Shown here in pieces: positions 1 through 11,164 of a stretch of 64,000 bases of DNA. Position 1 is the stretch's first letter. The number at the start of each line of letters is the position of its first letter. Made by a program: the position numbers and the translations under genes. The DNA comes from Phallusia mammillata (lineage: Eukaryota): positions 6,324,001-6,388,000 of the forward strand of contig OZ281500.1 in NCBI GenBank assembly GCA_965637545.1, read 5' to 3'. A model generated the notes under the pieces. It was given only the letters and a program-made list of their open reading frames with translations. It was not told the DNA's origin and ran no database searches.

Positions 1-1316
1 TACGTAATCGTGCGCAATGACATCATTGTTTTTCACAATTTTCACCTCATATGAAAACGCAGGGCGCAGAAGCTTGTTTTTTGCGGTTTACGCGGCCTTT
101 ACACCTGGCATGCAAGAAATGATGTGTGGCAAAAGAGAGATGATAATTAATTTGTGACACTGACAGAGTATTTATGATAAAGGTTTAATCCAATTGTTGC
201 TTTATGCTTTCCTACCTATAACTATATATGGGTAGCAGCTTTTGAGTGCAGAAAACGATGTCAGCTAAAAAAATCAGTTTCAAAACAGCTTCCTGTAAAG
301 CTAACCAACCACCATAAGCCATAACACAGTTATTTTACATGCCTGTTTTTCATGCTTTTGAAAAATGCTGCATGTAATCAAACAATACCAGTTCTGTATG
401 CATTGGTTCGATATGTCTTAATAAAGTTTGTTGAGTATATTTAAACATTCCCTTATTTAGTTTCCCCCTGTTGACCATGTGGTAAAGATGAGATATATAA
501 ACACTATGAGGTATATGGTTTTTGTAAAGGGTTGTGTTAGTATCAATAGTATGCACTGATTAGCAAAATAGCTACTTTGTGTGGTTGGTACTAAAAGATG
601 TGTTGTGTGTTTATCATATTGTAATGTCAGTTGGTGTTCTTAGTTGGTGTTATTTGTCAAGTTCTCTTGTCTACCACTGATCAAATCAGTATCATGGACA
701 TTGGTACTTGAAAATTAAAACCTAATCTGAGACCTTATAGGTCAAATCAGTGTGCACTGTCTGTAGCTTACTTATCATTTGTTGGCTTGATGTTTTTATG
801 TTACAACCTAATATGTTTGTTATAATAGTTTATAGTTTAATAAGTGTAGATAAACATTGGAAGTTTTCAAAATAATATGTAGTTTATTATCATGTACTTT
901 TTAGTTATTATTACCATGGCAGTCTTGATTTTGAGAATTAATTTTTATGTTTTTGCAAAAATGGAAGTTAATGTTTACGTGTGTTTACTTATATATGATT
1001 ATGCACCTTTTCAAAACTTATTAGAAAAAAAGGTTATGTACTTAATAAAATGCATAGTGATATCGAAATATCATAATCAACAGCGTGTGCTATTTAACAG
1101 TGTCCAAACTATATGCATTGTAATTAAATGTATCTGCTGCTAATACACTTTGATGGTATGCTTTGTGGCTATGTAAAAAGGTATTGGGACTATTTGCATA
1201 ATATGACAGAAATTTCCTTTGTGCAGCTGGTTTTTTTCTAGGAACATTTACAAATTGTGATAAGCTTCATTTTCATCTGTGGAATGTCCACAGTTGCCAC
1301 CGTATCAGGCTAGTTC

Positions 1317-4300
1317 ATGAAGGGGTGTTTGCCTAATATTATGGTAATTGTTTTGACTTTTTTAATTTTTTTTGTTGTTGATGTGGCCAATATTACAAAA
1401 ATTATTATCAAACTGTTTATGTTGGTTGTTCATAGAGGTACATGCTCGAATTTGCCTCACAGTTGCATGTTCACAAACTGCCCAAATTTACTATCGAACT
1501 AATTTTAAGCAGTCCCAAAGTGGTTACACTTACTTTGAGAACGATGAATATAAACAAACCGCTTGTGTTATAATACTAAATATAAAGCTTTTCATAATAA
1601 ATTACCTGTTCTTGGTTGCATTTTTGACTTGGTTGATGCAGATTTTTTTTCTTGCAGGGAGCAAATGCTTCAGCTGCACTGATGAAAGAAATCGGTCCAG
1701 AACAGTTTCCTCCCAATGAAAGATACTTCGGGTTGCACAATGTATGTAATTGTTGATATAAAAGTTGTACGACAATTGGCCTGTAGTTGGGGGCTGAATT
1801 AATTCAGGTTTAAATTTATGTGTATTATTTAAGTTTAGGTGTGATTTGCACTGTACTGACATCTTCTATTGTCTTGCCTTATGAATATTATGCCCCAATG
1901 AAATTTAATAAGTTGGTGTTAAAATGCGTAGACGGCAGATTTTTCAGTCACTTTATATGTACACTTTTAGGAAATGTAACACCACTTATGCATTAACTAT
2001 CACATTTTTTTTTTCTAGTTTGGCAACACCTGCTACTGCAACTCAGTGTTGCAAGCGCTTTTCTTCTGCCAACCATTCCGTGACAGGGTACTGCAGTATC
2101 GCACTCAGCAGCATAATGGAAAACATGGCTCAAACGGCAAAAAGGATACCTTGCTGGCTTGCCTATGTGAACTCTTCTACAACATTGTAAGCCAAAAGAA
2201 GAAATGTGGGGTACTGCAGCCCAAGAAGTTTGTAGCCAGACTGAGAAAGGAGTATGGTGAGTCTTTGGTTGTTTGATATATTATAATGTTTATTTGTTTG
2301 AAGTAAAATCTCTACATATTTTATGTCCCCGATCTGTTATTACATTGTTATGCAATGTGCATTGTATTTCTGTGTGTATTTATTGTGGATCCCCTTCCCT
2401 GAAGACGACACATTGTTTGTTTACTGTTTTTCGTTTTTCAGTCTAATGCTGGTTTGTTCTAAACTAGTGGTTCCCAACCTTTTTGTAGTCATTGACCCCT
2501 TTTATAAATGTTATAGGTTCGCGGAACCCCAACGCATTTTAGTCTTGTTATGTTTTTTGTTTCCTGCATTATACGTTATTATACTTTCGCTTATCAGGGC
2601 AGAATTTCAACCTTCACAGTCCCTCAATCTCAATAAAGTTCTGTACTGTAGCAGTCAATGCAACGAAGAGATAAATTTTCTGGTGTACAATACTTGAAAC
2701 AAAGCACAATAAGTTATATTGTTAATGTGCGTTGTCACAATGGAGGTAACCATTACAAGTTTTCTGATCCAAGGGTTTGATAAACAGTTTGCACTCAGAT
2801 GCAGGATTGTAAAAACGGTTTGGGAACTTAAAAATAATGTACTGTTGTTAACATGGGCGCCGGACGAAAACCTGGGGTATGCCGCATACCCGAAAATTGG
2901 ACCAACGTTAATTAGTCATGCGTTATTGCTTCATAGAAATTATTCTGATACGATCCAATACGTAACATACACAATTGATTTCAATCGCGGTTATTATTTC
3001 ACAGCCCATGAATTATTCGCAAAAATGACAATTGTGACGTCTTCAAGAAGCATTAGAATTTAAACATTAAAGGGTGTTAAAAACCACAACAAAGGTATTG
3101 GCGCTGACGCTATAGCGGCTATTACGTCAACAAACACGTGATAAAAAGTTTAGCGTTTGTAAACTAAATTATGAGAATACAGTTCTAACTTACAACTGCC
3201 TCTGCCGCAAGGTCAGCGACTGTATAGTTTTAACCGAAAAAACAACAACGCCAATTGTCACGTCACAAACGTAAGGTTGGTATTTAATTAACTTGTTAGC
3301 TTGTCGAAAGTTTCTGGCAGTTTAGTACATCGTTTAAAGTACACTAAACTTTAAAATTAATAATGCGTCACATACAATTCACTGGGTTAAATAGGCTACA
3401 CGTTGTAAACGAAACAAACGACTTTAAAACGTATAAAACGATTTTTTGGCCACAAGTGTTTGCGCTTTGTTGCGTGAAAACAAAGATTTTTTATAATAGT
3501 TGTTACAGAGAAGAAAATAAAAACATTATAGTAATTCGTGACGTTAGGTGACGTCCGAGCTAACTCTTTTTTATAACTTATTTATTGTTCCGCCTCCCCG
3601 TAATTTCGGCAAGTGGGTCCCATTTTTGTAATGTACAACGCGGTGTGTTACTGGGCACAAACATGTGTTGATTTGCAACAGTAGCAGAAGGGTCTAGTGG
3701 TGGAATTACGTTGTGTAAACTCATATACTGCAAGCTTTAACGTAATCTCACCCAACAAGAAATAAATTTGGTATTTTATGACGTCATCTAATATGGCATA
3801 CCCGGGAAAAATTTAAAGTCGTCGCCTATGGTTGTTAATGCTACTGCAATTGTTTGCCTCCATGGACCCCCTGAAACCATCTCATGGACCCCTTGGGGGT
3901 CCTCGAACCCCAGGTTGGGAACCACTGTTCTAAACGCTTGGTCAAGAAAGAGTGCTTCAAACTTATTCTAATGTACACACATGTTAGTTAGCTATCCAAC
4001 CTTGATCCACCCAAAGTTTAAACAGGGATGATCCAGCAGTCCCCCAAAATGTGAAATTTTAATTTTTTACATACTGTTTATGGCCAAGTGTAGTATATAT
4101 TGTTTATGGCCACCCCAATCCATTTTTGAAGATAAATTTACCCTGTCCATTTTGTTCATATTCTTTACCAAATGTTTAATATCTTCTTGACACATGCAAC
4201 AATAGTACTTGCTGTTATTTTCAGAGTCATTTGACAATTATATGCAGCATGATGCTCATGAGTTGTTCAATTGTCTTCTCAACTCCATTCACCTTGTTCT

Positions 4301-7300
4301 AATTGAGGAAAAGAAAGCTGAACGTGAAAGAAAGCGTCTGGAGATGCAATCATCCACAACCAGCCAGGGAAACGGTGTAAAAAGGGAGCGACTGAGCTTT
4401 TTCAGATCAAAAAAGAAAGAAGATAAGGACATCCACACCTTGTCTTCTAAAGTTGGAGCCAGCTCATTTGTTCCATCCGACACCATGCCAAGTACTTCAG
4501 CTGCCCCCGATTCACTGGAGATCCAAAATATAACCAGTGCAGGTTCATCGTCGTCCCTAGCAACCTCCGACTCACCAGCCTCCACTGCAGACACAAATGA
4601 ATCCTTAATGGGAAATGGCCAAGTTCCTAAGGTTGACCAGGAAAGTAGTGATGAAGGAAAGCCCCAAAATGGGCATCTCAGCACTGAAGAATCAACACCT
4701 TCAAAGACTTTTAGTTTCTTTTCTCGCAATAAGTTCTCCAAGAAAGCATCCAGTTCCAAGTCTTCGGAGTTGTCCAGCAGCAACTCAAATGTGCCCCATC
4801 TGGAGGAGGAAGATGAAAGTGAAGCAAATAACACCTGGATTAACGACATCTTCCAGGGAACTTATACAACTATCACAAGATGTTTAACTTGTGAAACGGT
4901 AATTTCCAGAGTAGATTTGCATAATGTTATAGGCATTAATTTCTGTGTAGCCTAATTGTGTGCTACATTGTATGCAAATTTTATGTAAATTGCCTTGTCT
5001 GTGTTATCGTACATAATCATCAAATTGAATTTCGTTTGGTACATTGCAGGTAAAAAATAAAGATGAAGACTTTCTTGACCTATCTGTTGACATTGAGCAA
5101 AATACTTCCATAACACACTGCCTAAGGTTGGTTGTCAACAAGTTGCAAAATACATTAAACATTTCAATTAGAGCCAAAGTATTTGGTCATAGATCATGAG
5201 ACCGGATTTAACTTTTCCAAATTACAGAACAAATTAGTTTTGGAGCCTTGACAAATCAGACAATGTGTTGCTAATGCCATAAGCCAAAGCCATGTGCTTA
5301 ATATCCTTCCTTATATTTTTCAGAGTTTTCAGCAACCAGCAAATGCTCAGTGGTGAACATAAATATTCGTGTGAAGTTTGCAGGAGCAAGCAGGAAGCCC
5401 AAATACAGTAGGATAACTTCACAAAAATTTACTTGTATACATATATATATTTTTATGTATAGTCAAGTGGGGTAAAAAAAAAACAATTTTTTGAAACTTT
5501 GTTGCCAAACTTTTATTTTAGGCACCAAAAGGTCAGTTTTTCTTCCCAACAAAGCTGATAGGACTACTTTTATAGTTATGTGACAAGTTTTTGATTTTAC
5601 TAAAAAACAAAAAAAATATTTGACAAAAACTGTTGTTCTTTTTTAACCCGAAAAAGGTACAAAAAAAACAATGTCGGGGTAAAACAAAACAAGTGGACAT
5701 TAGGACCATTTACAAAAAAATTAAGTGGCAGTTGGAACTTCAATGCAATTATATGCACTTAATAAACCATCTTGAAGTCAAAGATAAGACAGAAATTTCA
5801 TTAATAACTCTGTTACAATAAATAAGCCAAAAAAACACTTGCCACTTAAAATTCTTTGTTTTCGAAATTTTACAAACCAAACTTACAGCAGTTAGTAAAC
5901 TGTTTGTAAATTAATAAAACACTTTCAAATTGGTGCTAAGACTTTTCATGGCTTTGTACCTTTATTGCACTGCATTTATTGCCTTTGATTTGGTCTTTTT
6001 TGTCATTTACCAGTCTTTTGTTGGTATGCAACTAGATTTAAATAGAGCTCACCCACTTGCTGACCGGTCATGTAACCTAAAACCTTATTGAAATAAAGCT
6101 TAATTTTCTACCCCAAACTGCTTGAATTACCACATAATGATTTGATAACCTCTTTTTCTTACTTTGTAGCATTTGTCTTTAGGCCTGGACCCCAATTTGT
6201 ACTTTTAGCCATGCGGGTATACTTTTTGGTAAAAATTCCTCCAAAACTGGCCCCCAAAGCAATTTTATACAACTTTGGTTTAAGTACATGTTTTATAGGC
6301 TTTCTTTTTTATTTTCTAAACTTCCAGGTGACAAATAAAAAATGTTTGGGCAAAAAAAATTTTGGGGGTGCAAAAAATGCAGTTTAGTTTTTTATTACCC
6401 CATTCCTATAGAACCGTTTGGGGTAAAAACGAACAACAAGATATCTGAAAAAATTTAAAAGCTAGCCAAGTGGAGTCTTTTTTATTTAATAGGTCATAGT
6501 TATGACACAACACAGAACAAAGGTCATTGACACCAAACTTGTAACAAAAAATCTGCAGGAAAGTTTCTAAAGGTTGTTGAAGACTTTTTAACATACAAAT
6601 TTTACTAATGTTGTTTCAACCTGCAGAACTTTGCCTAGAAACAAAACCTGAGAATGGTTTATGGCTTATTTTTTAGGCAGAGAAAAAATACATCCAATGA
6701 AAAACAAAGCATTTAAAAAAAATTTTGGTTTAGCTGTGACGGTATTGTTTTTTTTTTACCCCAACTTCAGTAAAAAAAAATTTTTACCAATTTGACTATA
6801 TGTGACAAAAATATTAATGAAAGTTGACTAAACTATTTTGGCACAAGTCAATTTCTATTCTGTTCTGCCAAAAAAATAAAACATATTTACTTTACTTTTT
6901 ACTAAGTTACTTTATTATCTACATACCTAAAGGGACCAATTAGTGATATGATTCTCTTTCTTTGTGCTAAGTTTATCCCATTTCTACTGGCATCTTAAGG
7001 TCAAATTATCAAAAAGAGTGTGGAAATTGAATAAAATTCGCCCAGTTTGTATTGGTAATTGCATTTGTTGTCATAGCCCAAAAGTAACTCCGCCCTGTCA
7101 AATGTTTTTGGTCAAATATGTAAGTAACATTTTCTAGTTTATCAAATTGGTCTGCTAAATCTCCATTAGGTACATTTCATTGATTGAAATCATTATTTGC
7201 CCTCATTGTAATTTCACAATATCCTATGTTTGATTTTGGGCATATTTAGTAAACAACCTCCTATGTGCTTTACCCTGTTGAATCAATCATATCAAAAATG

Positions 7301-9214
7301 CTATTCAAGGAACTGTGAAAGCTATCCACACATTACAATAAATATTCACACACTCTCAATGTGTAAGGCAATGTGCCCAAGTCACACTTTTATTGTCCCA
7401 CATAAACTTTGGTTTGAAAGACAACAAATTAAATCATGTCATAACTTATATTGCCTTGATCTCTGCAGCCACTTTAGTTTACTCAAAGTAGTCACTAAGC
7501 ACTATGACTCCGGATTGACACAGAATCATGTGGCTTCTTTTGCATGTAGAATTAATTACAACACCTGTAGCCAGCATTATTAGGAACAGCATTTCTTAAC
7601 CAGTCAGTGGGGGTGCTTTCCGGGGGGCCACAAGTACATGTGCTCAACATAGCTGCACTAATCTATACACAGAACTTAACCATCTTTAAGTTGTCAGAAT
7701 GACTTTCTTAGTTATTTTCATGTTAAACAAGGCATTGTGCTCTGCGACATAGCGTTTGACTTTAAGTTTCACAAGTTCACCTCATTTTTGATAAGCAGCG
7801 GGCCAGGGCTTTTGAGGGTTACTTCAAGGGTGCCATGGACTACAAACGGTTGAGAGCCACTGATTTAGAAGCCTGTGAATGCACCAATGTGTTCTTACGG
7901 GTGCACAAACACCTTGTCTGTTTATGAAAGATATACAGTACGTACTAAAAACTTGCCTGAAGTTGTTTTTTTTATTATTTTTCAGAATGCGGATCAAAAA
8001 GCTTCCAACCATCCTTGCGCTTCATCTAAAGCGTTTTAAGTACTGCGACACGTTAAACAAATACACTAAGTTGACCTATCGTGTTGTCTTCCCCTTCGAT
8101 TTACGTCTCTTCAATACAACCGACGACGCATCCAATGCAGAACGTCTCTACGACCTCATAGGAGTGGTCGTTCACTGCGGATCGTAAGTCGTGTTTTATG
8201 CATTGTTGAGACAGATAACGTACTGTTTGCCCTTTTTATGTAAAATTTCCTATGTTTATGTGTGGAAAACGAATTTTACTTTTTGTCCGATCTAAACGCC
8301 TGTTTTATTTTTAGTTCGTGCAAATAACAATTTCGCGTTACATCAGGACAGTAAGCGCTACTGAATCGTATAGGCCTTTCAATATACACAAAGCAGTATC
8401 TTGGCAACTGCGTGGTTATCCCGAACTTTGGTCGTTACTTTCTCGTGATCGACATTAGGGGCTTTAATGACTTGCAATATATCAAAAGAGGTCAGGCTTT
8501 GTGAATCTTGCATTTCAAAGCACTGACCGTATTTTGTATCTCACACACGGAAGTTTCGTTACTATCTCCTCTTTTGTCCTAAACCCACACAAAACCAGAT
8601 TACGATATAAATGATAGGCTAGGATGTCACTTTTTGCATCGCTATATATTAGGTATGTGGACAGATTGAAGTAGGTGCAGATTAAGGCTTGCAATGTGGA
8701 ACGAGCCTTTTTAACCTAAAGCGCCGTTGGGCAAACCGACTTATTTGTCAGGCATTGCATTTTATTCCTGAAATAGGAGCCACATGCAAAACGTTGTTTA
8801 TTTAACTTGCGTCACTTTGGTCAGATTCATATGCGACGAGCATTTTTTAACTTAAAGCGTGCACACAGACTTCCTGTTTTGTTATGCATTACATATTAGG
8901 TTGGTTATCCCTGAAATAGGGCCCTTATACCAAACATTCTTTAATTAAGCTTTGGCAATTTTTGCTCAGAATGCGTTTGTATAAATTTGTGTCCGAAATT
9001 AACAAAACATAGCCTAACCATTACGTTACTCTTGCGCAGCGGACCGTATCGGGGTCACTACGTGTCAATTGTCAAAAGTCATGACATGTGGCTTCTTTTC
9101 GACGACGACAACGTGGAGAAGCTGGAGCCGAGCGGCATGGAGGATTTCTATGGTGTGACCGCCGACAAAAACTCCGAGTCGGGATATATTCTCTTCTACC
9201 AGTCGCGGGAATAA
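1317..9214 (+). CDS. USP12/46: Ubiquitin carboxyl-terminal hydrolase 12/46 (USP12/USP46 orthologue), 8 coding exons, 518 aa
   Basis: Exons 1317-1343, 1658-1741, 2019-2256, 4225-4898, 5050-5126, 5324-5407, 7986-8183, 9040-9214. All are GT-AG and phase-compatible, 1557 nt in total. Translation: [51 protein letters not shown] (Cys box)...QHDAHE...CLTCET...[18 protein letters not shown]...[10 protein letters not shown]...[16 protein letters not shown]...GPYRGHY (His box)...LFDDD...[13 protein letters not shown]. This matches the characteristic USP12/46 sequence. Confidence 0.95.
2465..3927. mobile_element. Non-autonomous hAT (Buster/Charlie-type) element in USP12/46 intron 3
   Basis: TIRs TAGTGGTTCCCAACCT...AGGTTGGGAACCACTG; perfect 8-bp TSD TTCTAAAC (2457-2464, 3928-3935). 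Confidence 0.9.
2852..3830. mobile_element. Non-autonomous TIR element (CATRGGCG-ended, 8-bp TSD, hAT-like) nested in 2465-3927
   Basis: Ends CATGGGCGCCG...CGTCGCCTATG with subterminal GGGTATGCC/GGCATACCC; perfect TSD GTTGTTAA (2844-2851, 3831-3838). Confidence 0.85.
5458..6800. mobile_element. Old TIR-bounded element in USP12/46 intron 6 (superfamily unclear)
   Basis: Left end TATAGTCAAGTGGGGTAAAAAA; right end TTTTTACCAATTTGACTATA, plus an inner copy TTTTTTTACCCCAACTTCAGTA near 6750-6772. A/T-run-rich interior; no clear TSD beyond a possible TA. Confidence 0.4.
7587..7862. mobile_element. Degenerate hAT MITE
   Basis: Ends CAGCATTTCTTAACC...GGTTGAGAGCCACTG; degenerate TSD ATTAGGAA/ATTTAGAA. 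Confidence 0.5.
8701..8975. repeat. Diverged ~135-bp tandem duplication in USP12/46 intron 7
   Basis: Units starting at 8701 and 8836 share ACGAGC(C/A)TTTTTTAAC(C/T)TAAAGCG and TTAT(T/C)CCTGAAATAGG in collinear order. Confidence 0.5.
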
Positions 9215-10223
9215 ACCCACCACCGCTACATGTCGCTGCGGAGGCGTTACACTACACTAGACGGCAATTGACTATACATATGCGTGTATAGCACTGGGAC
9301 TGCTTAGTTGCATGCATTGATGATATTGAGCGCTTGATTGTACACGGTCAGGTGATCAGAACACAGCCAAAGGTTAACTGTAGCCAAAATCTACCACGCT
9401 AATGGTTCTGTGTAAAATATTGCCAATTCCGTATATGGTGGCTGCAAACGTTCAAGGTAGTTCGCATAACTTTGTATGGATTTACGCCTGTAGCTATTTG
9501 TGCTTAACTATAAGCCTTATTAGGTTTGGACCTTTGCTTTTTTGTGGTCGGGTAACGCTATTTGTGTACAGTCTTCAAAAATCTAACCTAATTCCCTATT
9601 TTTTTCAACGCAAACGTTTCTGATTGTTTTCGTGGTACACTACTTGGCCAAAAGTAAATGGTTCGTTTTGCGAAAGTTATTATTTTGCCACTAAAACGGA
9701 AAATCAATTTTCGCAAAAAGATTTTTACAAGACCTTTACAAAGTGCTATTTTTTAACTTAACCCACAACGATTATAGAGCAACCAGTATGGTTTGTGCAC
9801 ATTTGTTGCAAAAAAGTAACTTTTAAAGCTATAAAAATGGCTGCAAAAGCTGAAATTTCAGAATACTTCGGCTCAGTGTTGGCCGCTAAAACCATGTACA
9901 TAGTAAGATTAAATTTTAAATCTAGTTGACTGTTGATTTCCACCGACTGCGTGTTCCCTGCGTTCTAATTCCTTCCGCTTCAGTCTTTTTGTTCCAACTT
10001 GTTGTTGTTTGCGGCTTGTTGCGTTCGCATAGAGCTCTCCCTTGCTTATAATTGGCAAATAAATGAAACTTTAACGCACCACAAATGTTGTGCGACGTGT
10101 ATTCCATGTTTAAGGAAATGCGACTAAAATTTTCATGTCCCAATTCGGTCGCGAAATACGCAATCCTTAGATCCCATAGTTCAATGGAGTAGGCTAAACA
10201 CAACACTAAGACACCTTGTAGTT

Positions 10224-10791
10224 CAGTGGTTCTCAAAGTATGGGTCGCGACCCAAACATGGGTCGCGCAGGGTAAAAAAATGGGTCGCGCTATGGTGATT
10301 CAATTCTGCCTAAATGAACTTTTTTCATTTCATTTTTCAAGTATTTTCAGTTCCTAGTCATGACTGAATTATTGTATCATAGGCATTTTATGTGGCTTTA
10401 TCATCGTAACCTTGGAGTATTGCATCATAAGTAAGTGGTTTTCTGAGAGTTTAGATGGCACCCAGCTACAGTATTACCATAGCGAAATACGGCCTCACTC
10501 GACCACGTCGTTCGGCAAAATGAGCCAATCAATCATTACAACATACAGACCATAGGCTTCCAATATTCTGTTACGCACTCGGCGATTGTAACGTGTTAGC
10601 ACGGGGAATGATAGGAGGTTATAAATCATGCGAAACTAAACTTGGAATGTAACAGTTAGCATTCAACGACAAGTAGGTATTCGTAAGTTACAAGAAATAA
10701 AAAATACACATTTTGATGTTTGAGGCTTGGGTCGCAACATGTTCATAAAGCTCAGATTTGGGTCGCGCACAAACAAGTTTGAGAACCACTG
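10224..10791. mobile_element. Buster-type hAT MITE (GGGTCGCGACCC family)
   Basis: TIRs CAGTGGTTCTCAAA...TTTGAGAACCACTG; perfect TSD TTGTAGTT; homologous to 11465-12061 and 17943-18385. Confidence 0.92.
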
Positions 10792-11164
10792 TTGTAGTTG
10801 GACTGACTTAAATAATGCGTTGGAAAAGAAACAGCAGTTTTGTATGAAAACTTTCAGTATCAGACTGATGTTTTTGCACAAAGGGTTTTCTCCTGGCAAC
10901 AAAGGGGACAAATTTACACCATTCCGTTTTGCTTACGTACAAAGAATTTACATTTTTTGTGTCTACCCAATTCGTAAGCTTATTAGACTTTTTAAAATTA
11001 AAAAAGGTATGTCTTGAGCGGTGTAAACCTTATTTGTTTCTGGTTTGACAAACATTTTTTGTTCTGCCAAATGTATCCTGCAAGATGGTACAGAACTGCA
11101 ATTTGGAGTTCTAACTGTAATTTGGAGTTCTCTCTCTCTATTGCAACTAAAGAGAAACGCCTAC

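Noticed and set aside
2323-3551. ORFs of 62-124 aa in USP12/46 intron 3 as transposase or nested gene
   Set aside because: They lie within or across non-autonomous elements and show no recognisable transposase or other motifs.
4289-4849. 186-aa antisense ORF (and similar antisense or shifted ORFs over 46947-50135)
   Set aside because: Shadow ORFs of real coding exons; low complexity, no independent splice or homology support.
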